Below the pieces are notes generated by a model that saw nothing but the letters and a program-made list of their open reading frames with translations, made no database searches and was not told where the DNA came from. The translations under genes were made by a program, and so were the position numbers. A stretch of DNA of 63,575 nt, filler included, from Diploschistes diacapsis (lineage: Eukaryota), in NCBI GenBank assembly GCA_023645945.1. It is 22 parts of 22 records of this genome, joined end to end, with 100 filler letters (N's around TTAATTAATTAA, not from the genome) between each part and the next. Parts side by side here need not be neighbours in the genome. Positions count along the whole stretch, not along the records: positions 48,713 to 49,861 come from JALAIB010003799.1; positions 49,962 to 51,109 come from JALAIB010003800.1; positions 51,210 to 52,357 come from JALAIB010003801.1; positions 52,458 to 53,605 come from JALAIB010003802.1; positions 53,706 to 54,852 come from JALAIB010003803.1; positions 54,953 to 56,099 come from JALAIB010003804.1; positions 56,200 to 57,346 come from JALAIB010003805.1; positions 57,447 to 58,592 come from JALAIB010003806.1; 14 more parts are not named here. The stretch is one strand, 5' to 3'. Each line of letters opens with the position of its first letter. Position 1 is the first letter of the stretch. Below are positions 49,181 through 60,330 of this stretch, one piece after another.

Positions 49181-49460
49181 GGTTATGAGCCCGGAATACG
49201 CGATTACTTAATTAGACCAATGAACTACAAAGAATTCGACAGCGAGATCAATTACCTAAAATTTAATTGGATAAAATCCAATTAAATAAAGCGACTAGGC
49301 CCAAATAGGAAATCGACTATACCCGATTCGGAAAAAAGGGCGAATTAATGACGAAAAGCTCTAGGCTACGCGTTAGCGAAAATTGGGATATTTAATCAAT
49401 ACGTATGGAGGCCGTATTAACCGAAAAAGGTTATTACGACGGAATAATTATTAATATTCC
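49181..49460 (+). mobile_element. Copia element 5' internal region: PBS and gag start
   Basis: LTR end TTCAACA directly followed by GGTTATGAGCCC; gag-like ENWDI*SIRMEAVLTEKGYYD. Confidence 0.8.
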
Positions 49461-49526
49461 ACTGGCATTTTCAACCTCCGAAAAAATGATCGAGTGAAGC
49501 ACCAAGCTAAAACAGACGCTAGCCTA

Positions 49527-49760
49527 CATCCGGCATCACGAAAAGTTTTTGGCGGCGAAACACCGCTAAAATCCGCGAAGTTGGCGAAACGGGCGAAACC
49601 GGCAAGGTGGGCGACAGATAATGCGTTCAAACGACTCGCTAACTTTCGCCAAAAGGTTTGGCGAAATACGGCGAAACTAGCGAAACCGGCGAAATTAACG
49701 AAACTAATAAAACTAACCAAAACCGACGAAGATAACGAGATTAATCATTTTTTTATTAAT
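49527..49760 (+). mobile_element. Terminal region of a Tc1-like element (variant)
   Basis: CATCACGAAAAGTTTTT followed by GGCGAAAC repeats; homologous to 61848 and 52036. Confidence 0.65.
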
Positions 49761-49815
49761 ATATTACGTAAACAAAAAATTTAATAAATATAATATAATA
49801 TTAATAATATTAATA

Positions 49816-49861
49816 ACGTGTTTCACGGTCAGCTCGGCCACCCCCAAAACTCGGCCACTTT
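49816..49861 (+). mobile_element. Fot1/Pogo-like TIR (variant)
   Basis: TA then ACGTGTTTCACGGTCAGCTCGGCCACCCCCAAAACTCGGCCAC. Confidence 0.7.
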
Positions 49862-49961
49862 NNNNNNNNNNNNNNNNNNNNNNNNNNNNNNNNNNNNNNN
49901 NNNNNTTAATTAATTAANNNNNNNNNNNNNNNNNNNNNNNNNNNNNNNNNNNNNNNNNNNN

Positions 49962-50430
49962 TTCTTATTCGATCCTTTTTTTTTCGTATTCGTATTCGCG
50001 TAATCCTAGTTAATCTATTTAATTTCTATCCGGTACCGAGTAACTCGAATTAATAATACCTATCGTTTCTAATATCGATAATCTTTAATTTTTAATTCTT
50101 TCTTAATATTCCATTTATTCGCAGCCTAACTTTTTAAATACATCTTAATTAAATTTTATTCTTTTATCTTCCTAATATTAGCAAGTTATTTAAGAACAAT
50201 TACATATTCCCTTCCTTTCTTTTTTCATATTCTTATAAACAATATCTTCTTATTATGTCTGGAACTTTTAGATCGTAACTTTCTCCTTACCTTTCGCAAG
50301 ATATAGAAAGGTCCTTAAACAAGTCCTTAGGTTAACCCCCATTATAAACACATGGCGCGCTGTCTAGGGAGACTTCCCTTACTATAACAAGTAAATAGTC
50401 GTAGATGGTGTAATAAAGGAATGTAATATA
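49962..50430. repeat. Unclassified RIP-mutated dispersed repeat; second copy at about 57547-58030
   Basis: Shared blocks such as AAACAAGTCCTTAGGTT and CGCGCTGTCTAGGGAGACTTCC; differences are mostly transitions. Confidence 0.75.
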
Positions 50431-50659
50431 ATTTCGTAGGCAACAGCATACATAGGTAGGACATTTATGAAAGAGAAAATGCATTGATTGTCTAGAGCTA
50501 CCTAACAGGCCTCCTTAAATGGAGCTGCCCTGTAGGGACCACCCCCACCAAGTCTGCGGCCTACTTTTATGTTTACAATATGTTATAAAAGCGTATTTAG
50601 TAAAAATAACTGAACCTGAACTGAACCCAAAAGTTCAGTTAAATAAAACCAGTTATTAA

Positions 50660-51109
50660 TTATAACATGCACGTATTGTTTATATAGGATTTAAAAGGCT
50701 TCAGTATCTCCATAAAATAACAACGTTTGTTAATCCGATCCGAATTATGTCATATATTTGTAAGATATACTAACTAACCAAAGTTAGGCAGTAGATAAAC
50801 CATACATTCGTTAAATATAAGTATGGTTTATTAGATTTAATAAATATCGACATCTACGGTCTATTTTTAAAGTCCATTAAGAATAATCAATATTTCATGG
50901 AAATCGTAGATAACTACTCGCGTAAGATCTGGTCTATCCTATATAGAACCCGAAAAGAAACCGTTTGCATTATGTAGTACTAGAAGATAAACGTAGAATT
51001 TTAAAATAATAAATAACTTAAGGTAATACGTCTCGACAATACATCTAAATTAATATCCATTATTGAAAATTAGAGGAGAAGTTTAAGAATTTAGTTAAAA
51101 CCTATAGTA
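50660..51109 (+). mobile_element. Copia integrase relic
   Basis: LLDLINIDIYG...NNQYFMEIVDNYSRKIWS...LKVIRLDN. Confidence 0.82.
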
Positions 51110-51209
51110 NNNNNNNNNNNNNNNNNNNNNNNNNNNNNNNNNNNNNNNNNNNNTTAATTAATTAANNNNNNNNNNNNNNNNNNNNNNNNNNNNNNNNNNN
51201 NNNNNNNNN

Positions 51210-52036
51210 ATTAAATATTAGCCCAATTCTCGACGCGTTAGTTCTTACACGCCCTAAAATATTATAGATGTTTTATAGTATCTTTAAAATCTAAATAGGG
51301 GCGCCAACGCTTTAAATATTTTTTAAGAAATAAGTCGATTTCGGCGAATCTTCGACGGATAGTATTTTTATTAATAGGCGTTATTTTAAGCATTTCGTGT
51401 TATTATATATTTCGTTCCCGTCTAACGCGTCGATAGAATTTATTTTTTTAAACTTAAGTAATATTTCGGGATCGTTCTAAATCATAAAGATTATATTATT
51501 CAACGTCGCGTTTTAAAGCTTTTGCTTTCGTATATTGGGTTATAAAATAAAAAATATTGAGCTTTTAGGCCGTATCTTTAAAAGAATTGCTATTATAAAG
51601 AGCGCCGAGGAGCTCAGAGCGCTGAAATGGCTTCAAACGGCGTTGGGGAGGCATAATTGTAAGAATAATAGTAAGAGTTGACTGTTTATTTACTGCCGCT
51701 TATGGTGTACCTAACTACTTTTGCTCTAGTACTGTATATTGTCGCGAAAATATTAAGAATGACGTATTTTATATTACGTAAGCGTGGATATTCGTGGCGT
51801 AAGAGCCTCAGCGAGTTTCTAACGCTAGTTATCCGGCGCTAAATTAGCGGATCTATTAATAGCTTTTTTAATTTATGATTACGTAATAAAAATGATTGGC
51901 CTCGCCATCTTCGCCGGTTTCGCCGGTTTCGCTATGTTTCGCCAAACGTTTTGGCGAAACCTGGCAAAATGGACGAAACTCGCGAAACAAGGGACTTTCG
52001 GCAAAAAAAATTTGGCTTAAAAAACTTTTCGTGATG
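51210..52036 (-). mobile_element. Tc1-like transposon, left end plus RIP-mutated transposase 5' part (ATG at 51654)
   Basis: Terminus CATCACGAAAAG flanked by TA; translation MPPQRRLKPFQRSELLG...LERSRNIT (GRPR-like)...IRRRF...RWRPYL...*RVENWANI follows the Tc1 HTH layout. Confidence 0.75.
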
Positions 52037-52207
52037 TAATTTAATTAAAGCTATTAGGGTTTTAATTAGACCCATTCAGGAGTAGTATAAATAATGAGGC
52101 TTAGCCGATCCCGTGGGGATAAAAGTCTGTAAATTAGGATAGTCTTCTAGATAAGACTCTAGATTTCAATATATCCATTACGTTGCCAAATCATATTAAT
52201 ATTTATA

Positions 52208-52357
52208 ACGTGTTTGACGGGGATTGCGGCCACCCCCAGATTCCGGCCACCTCAAATCACTATTTTCATCTTACATTCGATTTTTCATAATAATGATTAC
52301 CTCGCATCGTAATAATTCGATTTTAATAAAATTTAATATCAGCGACTGTTTATAGGC
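52208..52357 (+). mobile_element. Fot1/Pogo-like TIR (52208-52260) and adjacent internal sequence
   Basis: TA then ACGTGTTTGACGGGGATTGCGGCCACCCCCAGATTCCGGCCACCTCAAATCAC, near-identical to 41728-41780. Confidence 0.75.
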
Positions 52358-52547
52358 NNNNNNNNNNNNNNNNNNNNNNNNNNNNNNNNNNNNNNNNNNN
52401 NTTAATTAATTAANNNNNNNNNNNNNNNNNNNNNNNNNNNNNNNNNNNNNNNNNNNNGAATAAAAGAAAAAGGTATTATATAATATTATATAAAATGACT
52501 AGGCTAATTAAATAAATATAATTTATAAATTAAAATTAAGGACTTAT

Positions 52548-53002
52548 TGTTACAATCCAAGTACCAGACTTGGCACGTCCCAGCTTTGTATATAGATCAG
52601 TCACGGGACCAGGGGTCACGTGATGCGCTCACTGCTCGCGCTCATTCTCGTAAGCGGCGAGTAAGCTTTCGTTACCGCTCGATAATCGCGTTTATTCTTA
52701 TAAACGACGAGCCTCGAAGATATCGCTCGTTAAATTTGCGATAAGCGGTAAGCGAGCTAATTATATATAAACACGACTTTATTTTCGTGAAAGAGGGCGT
52801 GTTTATTTTTATAAATATTTTTAATTATTACTCGGGATTAATTTATATTCGTTATTTCTATTATTAGAGAACCTTCTTTCTAGAGATAATCTAAGATCTA
52901 TAACTACTCTATCTTCTTTTCCTGCCACACTCCTCTTTTAACAGAGACCAAACCCATCTTGACTCTACTTGTGTATACCTTGTATAGATAGAGATCATAA
53001 CA
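52548..53002 (+). mobile_element. LTR family C, full 455-bp copy
   Basis: TGTTACAATC...GATCATAACA inverted termini; homologous to 58826-59281. Confidence 0.85.
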
Positions 53003-53359
53003 TAAATCTTAAACTGTTTTTAAAAAAAAGGTTCTTTAATAATAGAAATAAACGAATATAGATTAATCTCAAGTAATAATTAAAAATATTTATAAAAATA
53101 AATATATTTTCTTTCACGAAAATAGAATCGTGTTTATATATAATTAGCTCGCTCGCCGTTTATTGCAAGTTTAACGAGCGGTGTCTTCGAGACTCGCCGT
53201 TTATAAGAATAAACGCGATTATCGAGCGGTAACGAAAGCCTATTCGCCGCTTATAAAAATAAGCGCGAGTAGTAAACATATCACGTGACCCCTCGTCCCG
53301 TGACTGGTCTATATACAATAAAGCTGGGACGTGCCAAGTCTGGTACTTGGATCGTAACA
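53003..53359 (-). mobile_element. LTR family C, truncated inverted copy abutting the previous one
   Basis: Ends GTACTTGGATCGTAACA at 53359. Confidence 0.8.
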
Positions 53360-53467
53360 ATTCACGGACACGGATATCGCAGCTAAAAAATTTAAAACAC
53401 GGATACTAACACTGTCAGTGTCCGTGTCACTGACACGGCCGTGTCAGTGTCAGTGACGGCCAGCCTA
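53360..53467. mobile_element. hAT MITE end
   Basis: ACACGG repeats ending ACGGCCAGCCTA. Confidence 0.8.
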
Positions 53468-53535
53468 ATATTAATATCCGTGTCGAAAGATATTTGTTGA
53501 ACTAAACCACTACGCCAAAAGATGCGCACTGTCGG

Positions 53536-53605
53536 AATATAAACATGAACTGCTGCTTGCTAAGAGGTGCGCACCTCTTAGCAAGCAGCAGTTCATGTTT
53601 ATATT
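53536..53605. repeat. Perfect 70-bp palindrome at contig end
   Basis: AATATAAACATGAACTGCTGCTTGCTAAGAGGTGC followed by its exact reverse complement, no loop. Confidence 0.95.
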
Positions 53606-54608
53606 NNNNNNNNNNNNNNNNNNNNNNNNNNNNNNNNNNNNNNNNNNNNTTAATTAATTAANNNNNNNNNNNNNNNNNNNNNNNNNNNNNNNNNNNNNNN
53701 NNNNNGGGTCGGTGGCGGACGCGAGGGGAAGAGGGGGGAAAGGGCGACGAGGATAAGCACCAAGGTGCCTGCCAGCGGTGGCAGCGGTGGGAGAAGGAAG
53801 GCTGGGAAGGCGGGCGGGTTCGGAACGAGGAAAGGGGACAGCGCAAATGGAACCGGTGCGGACGGCGCGAGGACGGAGAGAAAGAAGCAGGAGCAGGAAA
53901 GTGGCGACGAGTGGGCCGGCTTCGACGATCATTAGGATCAGACACCAACAACATCCGCGACAGGCCAGGCCTGGCTAGGCTAGGCTCCGGGCACTCCGGT
54001 ACTCTGAACTTCTAGAATCTGAAAATGCCCCGATTTTTTTATTTTTTATTTCAATATCCCAGTCAGTCCCATCCCCTGATTCTATTTTTTTTTGGGGATC
54101 ATCGATCTTCAATCGTTCGTCTTTTAATCTTCCATCTGCTATCTTGCCTCTTGAGGATTTTTTCTCGCCCGCCTCACACTGCCTTCCTTCCTACCTTCCC
54201 TGGTCTCTCTCCTGTATTAGATAGGACGTTGGGTTTGGGATAAGGTGGGATGGAATGGGATCGGATCAGACAGGAAACGATCAAGACAACCAGGATAAAA
54301 AGTAGATTTCCGAAAGCTGTGGTTTTTGTTGTACTGCTACTAGTTATACAGCGCTCTCGCTCTCCCCTCCCCTCCCCCTCCCCCTCCCTTTCTGGGCCAG
54401 GTTCGTGCCAGAGACAAAAGACAAGTCGAACCAGGACGGACGTACGTGGCTCTCGCTCAAGCCCGAACGAGTTCCGGAGCTTATCGTCTTGCACCCGTCC
54501 CGCCTCGGAGAGCTCAAATGGTCCCACTGGCCCATATCATGCTTCCACCAACTACAAAACCCCCTTCTCCTCACCTCCACCCTGCCCACTCCCCACCCTC
54601 TTCCGCCT

Positions 54609-54852
54609 CTAAAACTCCGTGCTCCCATGCTGCACGTCCCCATGATACCCCACGAGCTTCAACCGGCCCAGCATCTCGCCCACCGTAAAGAAGCCCAGCA
54701 GCTCCGCCAGCACGACGCCGCCGGCCGCCAGCGAGGCGCGGTTGATGTTGCGGGCCCGGCTGAGGAGAGATTCGGGGGACACGGCTTCGGCGGCGGCGGG
54801 AGCGGAGCGGAGGAGCGAGGAGGGGTTGCGCAGGGTGGAGAGAATGGTGGAG
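54609..54852 (-). CDS. ATP20: Mitochondrial ATP synthase subunit g, 3' fragment (absent from the ORF track)
   Basis: Minus-strand translation ...SLAAGGVVLAELLGFFTVGEMLGRLKLVGYHGDVQHGSTEF*; the GFFTVGExxGR..LVGY motif is characteristic. Confidence 0.88.
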
Positions 54853-54952
54853 NNNNNNNNNNNNNNNNNNNNNNNNNNNNNNNNNNNNNNNNNNNNTTAA
54901 TTAATTAANNNNNNNNNNNNNNNNNNNNNNNNNNNNNNNNNNNNNNNNNNNN

Positions 54953-55676
54953 CTCTAATACTGAGCAAGCAAAATTATAAAGAATGGTTTATATTAATTA
55001 AGATTTATTTTTAAAATAAAAAAATAAACGACGTATTATTATACGAAATATCGTTTAATTATAATACCAATATTTTAGCATCGAGCAGTTAACTTAATTT
55101 AATATTTAAATCTTTATATAGTAGGGATTAATGGCGAAAGTATTAGATTAAAGCTAATTATTAAATATATTTCTGTACAAACGACGTCGATTACGAACGT
55201 ATCGAGGACCTCGATACTTCTTACGCCAAATAAATATCTTTTAAGGTTAAGTACGAAAAAGTTATTAAAAGCGAATACCGATAATTACGACTCGAGTTCA
55301 TCACGTACAAACTTTCGGACGATTAATTAATCATAGATGTTTAAATATACCTAATTCGCATCTAAAAGAAAATTAATGCTATTAAACTGAATTAAAAGTT
55401 TAATGCTAGATCAGTCTTTTAATAATTATTGGCTAATTTTTTATCATTTTATAGCACGTTGGTTAACGGCATTGACGTTTAGATCGAAAGAGTCGACTTA
55501 AAGAACGTGGATTACGATAAATGGTTAAATAAATTATCCGACAAGTAGGCGAGCTTAAAGACTAAGGTTGCTATATATTCTAGCGATAGGCGCTACGATA
55601 GTAATAAACGCTTTAACGATAAGCGAAATATTAGTCAACGACGCGTCAATAATAAACCTATAACGAACCGTTAAAG
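54953..55676 (+). mobile_element. Copia-like gag relic
   Basis: Homologous to 56970-57346 (e.g. AAACGACGTCGAT.ACGAACGTATCGA.GA.CTCGATACT, TTAAGGTTAAGTACGAAAA). Confidence 0.6.
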
Positions 55677-56099
55677 TAGGCTGGCCGTTTCGTGCCACGG
55701 TCACTGACACGGACACTGCAGCAAAAATTTTCAAAACACGGATACTGACACAGACACGACAGCTAAAATTTTAAAACACGGATACTAACACGGATATTAT
55801 ACTGCAGTAAAAGCACGGACACGGATATTATAATTAAAAATTTTAAAATATTAATATTAATACGGACATTATAGTTCCGTAAAGTCACGTAAATATTACG
55901 GTTAATCCACCGAAATACCGCGGGGAAATTTTTTTAAAAAAATAAAAGCGTAAGAAATAGACGTGATAATTCTAAAATTATTAAAATTAAAATTTTTTTT
56001 TAAAATATTTCGGTGAATATACGGACACGGATACCATAATAAAAATTTTCTCGATACGGATACTAACACGGATATTATATTATAATAAAAACACGAACA
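55677..56099 (+). mobile_element. hAT family element, left part (longer variant)
   Basis: Starts TAGGCTGGCCGTTTCGTGCCACGG; many ACACGG(A) motifs. Confidence 0.82.
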
Positions 56100-56199
56100 N
56101 NNNNNNNNNNNNNNNNNNNNNNNNNNNNNNNNNNNNNNNNNNNTTAATTAATTAANNNNNNNNNNNNNNNNNNNNNNNNNNNNNNNNNNNNNNNNNNNN

Positions 56200-56336
56200 G
56201 CTATCCCACTGAGCCAAAAGACTAACACAATGCTTTCAGGAACCCCGAAGCACTGTTTCCCTATTACACTATATGTAGGTGCGTGGCTGTGGCAGCAGGG
56301 GGACCTGAACCCCAGGGCGCACCTTTGGGCGTTACA
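56200..56336 (-). mobile_element. LTR family D, partial copy
   Basis: Near-identical reverse complement of 56619-56788. Confidence 0.85.
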
Positions 56337-56618
56337 TAAATTTTAACGGAAGTAAGAAATCCTTTAATATTTTTTTCCTAGATTTATAAGGTTCTAGCAA
56401 AAAAATATAGAATATTAAATGAATCTTAAAATCCTTAAATCTAAATTATAGCACCCTGGGGTAATCAGATCCAAAATTGAAATTAAAATTACTTATTAAT
56501 AAAACGCGGGCACCGATTACGCTGCTCTAAAAAAACTAAATTAATTAAACCACATCAAAATTTAGGACCTAAGTATAGATTTATTTAATTAACATCCGAA
56601 AACTTCTTCCTCGATAAA

Positions 56619-56788
56619 TGTAACGCCCAAAGGTGCGCCCTGGGGTTCAGGTCCCCCTGCTGCCACAGCCACGCACCTACATATAGTGTAATAGGGAAAC
56701 AGTCCTTCGGGGTTCCTGAAAGTATTGTGTTAGTCTTTTGGCTCAGTGGGATAGCGCTACCCTATTAGGCACTACCCCCGCTGTTACA
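56619..56788 (+). mobile_element. Solo LTR family D, 170 bp, with 5-bp TSD
   Basis: TGTAAC...GTTACA termini; ATAAA at 56614-56618 and 56789-56793. Confidence 0.9.
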
Positions 56789-56793
56789 ATAAA

Positions 56794-57346
56794 TATCGAA
56801 GTTTAACTAAACTCGCTAAACCTATTCGATTATCTTTACTTCTTTAATAGAAAATTTATATTTCTTTACTTTATTCAATAACGATTTACCAACTACGATT
56901 CATTTATTATACCAATCTTTTTTATTTACGAAAACTGTAATTATGGAAGATATTATCTAAAAAAAAAGTCGCTCCAGTATTAAGCAAAAAAACCCATAAA
57001 AAATAATTCATACTAATTAAGGATTATCTTTAAAACGAAAGAATAGACGATATATTGTTATACGAAACATCGTTTAGTTATGACACCGATACTCTAATAT
57101 CGAACAATTAATTAGTTTAATACCTAAATCTTTATATATTAAAAATCAATGACGAAAATACTAGGTCAAAACTAATTATTAAATATATCTTTATATAAAC
57201 GACGTCGATCACGAACGTATCGACGATCTCGATACTCTTTACCTTAAATAAATATCTCTTAAGGTTAAGTACGAAAAGATTTTTAAAAGGGAATGCCGAT
57301 AATTACGATTTAAGTTCATTACGTACAAACTTTTAGACGATTAAAC
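56794..57346 (+). mobile_element. Copia-like leader and gag relic
   Basis: Homology to 46213-47050 (minus strand) and 54953-55676. Confidence 0.6.
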
Positions 57347-57446
57347 NNNNNNNNNNNNNNNNNNNNNNNNNNNNNNNNNNNNNNNNNNNNTTAATTAATT
57401 AANNNNNNNNNNNNNNNNNNNNNNNNNNNNNNNNNNNNNNNNNNNN

Positions 57447-57543
57447 GAACATTACATTATAGTAAAAACACGGACACGGACACTACGGCTAAAAATTTCA
57501 AAACACGGACACGGCCGTGTCAGTGTCCGTGACGGCCAGCCTA
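57447..57543. mobile_element. hAT MITE end
   Basis: ACACGGACACGG repeats ending ACGGCCAGCCTA. Confidence 0.8.
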
Positions 57544-58029
57544 CGTATTCGTATAGTCCTATTTAATCTATTCTTTCGTGCTCGATTCTCTTTCTCTTAT
57601 ATTCGTATTCGCGTATTTCCAATTAATTTACTTAATTTCTATCCGATATCGAGTAACTTAAGCTAACAACGCCTATCGTTTCTAATATCGATAATTTTTA
57701 ATTTCTAATTCTTTTTTAATATTTCAGTTATTTATAATTTAACTTTTTAAATACATCTTAATTAAATTTTGTTCTTTTATCTTTCCAATATTAATAGGTT
57801 ATTTAAAGACAATCAGATGTTCTTTTCCTTTTTCTTTCTATATTTTTATAAATAATGTCTTTTTGTCATGTTTAGAACTTTTAGATCGTAATCTTTTTCT
57901 TATTTTTCGTAAGATGTAGAAAGATCTTTAAACAAGTCCTTAGGTTGACTTTTATTATAAATACAAAACGCGCTGTCTAGGGAGACTTCCTTTGCTATAA
58001 TAAGTAAATAATCGTAAATAGTATTATAA

Positions 58030-58592
58030 AGAGCTATAAGATTATTTAATATCTCGTTATTGAGTGATCGTATATTTTAAATCTTTCTAACTTCTTTATA
58101 TCTGTTATTAAAATAATATTCGGCGTTTAATAATAATTCAACTTAATTATCTATATTCTAATTAACGTAATGCCGTAAATATTATTTAAAAATTTAATTC
58201 ATTTTCTTTATCTAATCGTTTGTTTATGGGTGATAAACGTTTAAATGTTTTAATTTCATGCCGAACGTTTTTATTATGATTTTCTAAAATTTTGAAATAA
58301 AGAATTTATTTTTATCGTTAATAATTCCTTTTAAATATTTATAAATTCTTATAACTCGATTTATTTATATATAATATAATATTTTTACGTTATAATCTTT
58401 TTTAAAAGGTATATAGTGTAATTTATTATTAAACTTGTCTATTATAACTTAAATATTATTATATAGAATATCTATTATTAAATCTTTAGATATTAATAAT
58501 TTAATTATAAAATCTATCGTAATCGATTTCTATAATTAATTCGATCTTTCGATAGTTTATGGAATCTTATATCGTTTATATATCGAGTGCTT
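58030..58592 (-). mobile_element. Gypsy integrase relic
   Basis: SITIDFIIKL...VIIDKF...YIPF...IINDKNKFFISKF*...VYHP*TND*IKKMN. Confidence 0.75.
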
Positions 58593-58825
58593 NNNNNNNN
58601 NNNNNNNNNNNNNNNNNNNNNNNNNNNNNNNNNNNNTTAATTAATTAANNNNNNNNNNNNNNNNNNNNNNNNNNNNNNNNNNNNNNNNNNNNTCGTTCGA
58701 CGGATCGATTATAAAAAATTAAAAGAGACATCGTTGTCCCACGATTTAGGATTCTTTTTTATTTAATACTTATATTAGACCCTTCGGCGAATCATCGGGC
58801 CGATAATATTATAAAAAAGAGATAA

Positions 58826-59281
58826 TATTACGATCTAAATACCAGACTTAACACGTCTTAGCTTTATATATAAGTCAGTTACGGGACCAGGGGTCACGTG
58901 ATGTATTTATTACTCGCGCTTACTTTCGTGAGCGGCGAGCGAGTTTTTATTACCGCTCGATGATCGCGCTTATTCTCGTAAGCGGCGAGCTTCGAAAGCA
59001 CCGTTCGCTGAACTTGCAATAAACGGCGAACGAGCTAATTATATATAAACACGACTCTACTTTCGTAAAAAAAAACGTGTTTACTTTTATAAATATCTTT
59101 AATCATTATTCGGGATTAATTTATATTCGTTACTTTTTATTATTAAAAAACCTTCTTTTCAGAAACAGTCCAAGACCTATAATTACTCTATCTTCTTCTC
59201 CTGCCACACTCCTCTTCTAACAGAGACCAAACCCACCTTGATCCTACTCGTGTATACCTTGTATAGATAGAGATCATAACA
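58826..59281 (+). mobile_element. LTR family C, full copy, probably a 3' LTR
   Basis: 456 bp ending GATCATAACA; preceded by purine tract AAAAAAGAGATAA. Confidence 0.82.
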
Positions 59282-59332
59282 TTTACACTCGTCCTATCCA
59301 ATACGAAATATAAACGTATTTTTATCGGAACC

Positions 59333-59838
59333 GTGTCGATACGTCACGGGGATATAAATATAAAACATACTTTACTTTTTTATATCTTTAACTACCGGGA
59401 CGTGTTTAACGGGAACTTAATTATAAATTTACCGAGGTATAAACCCAGCGATCATATAATCGATATAAAAGGAAAAGAACCCCCATATAAACCACTATAT
59501 AACCTATCTATAGTTAAACTCCGCGAACTTCGCGATTACTTAGATAAGACATTATTACGCGAATGGATTCGATTATCCAATAACCCCGCAAAAACGCCGA
59601 TTTTATTTATATTAAAAAAAATGGCATTTTACGCTTATACGTTGATTATAAAGGGTTAAATAAAATAACGAGAAAGAATCGTTATTTATTATTTTTAATT
59701 AGCGAGACGCTAGATCGCCTTATAGGCGCAAAAATATTTTTAAAAATAGATTTAAAGAATGCGTATTATCGTATCCGCCTACGTAAGAACGATGAATAAA
59801 AGACTACATTCCGTACCAGATACGACCACTTTAAATAC
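59333..59838 (+). mobile_element. Gypsy reverse-transcriptase relic
   Basis: PPYKPLYNLS...LRDYLD...[32 protein letters not shown]...[11 protein letters not shown]...KTTFRTRY. Confidence 0.9.
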
Positions 59839-60330
59839 NNNNNNNNNNNNNNNNNNNNNNNNNNNNNNNNNNNNNNNNNNNNTTAATTAATTAANNNNNN
59901 NNNNNNNNNNNNNNNNNNNNNNNNNNNNNNNNNNNNNNATTAATAATAATTAATATTTCGTCGTTAATTTCGAAAACGCTTTCGAGATCTTATAAAAATT
60001 TTATTAATTAAATCCCGAAAAGATAAGATCTCCGTAATTAATAATACTCGAAAATAAATAATCTATATTAATAAGAACTATAAACGAAAACGAATTTTTT
60101 AAATAAAATAATATCGATTATTATAACGATTATATTTTCTTATAAAATCTAAAAACGTATTTAATTAAAAACGACGCTAAAAAAAGTTTAAAGAAACGTA
60201 AATATCTTTACGAAAAAATAACGGGTATTCTTTTAAATAAATTAAAATAAAAAATAAAAATCGAAATAGAAATTAACTAAAAAAGAATATCGCGCTTATA
60301 AGAAACATAAACATCTAAAAAGGAGGGTAA

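Noticed and set aside
49451..49784. ORFs with AKLAKPAK repeats
   Set aside because: Translation of the 9-bp subterminal repeats of the Tc1-like element
52547..53360. Paralogous small ORFs MLQSKYQTWHVPAL...
   Set aside because: Chance frames inside family-C LTR copies, starting at TTG and not conserved in length
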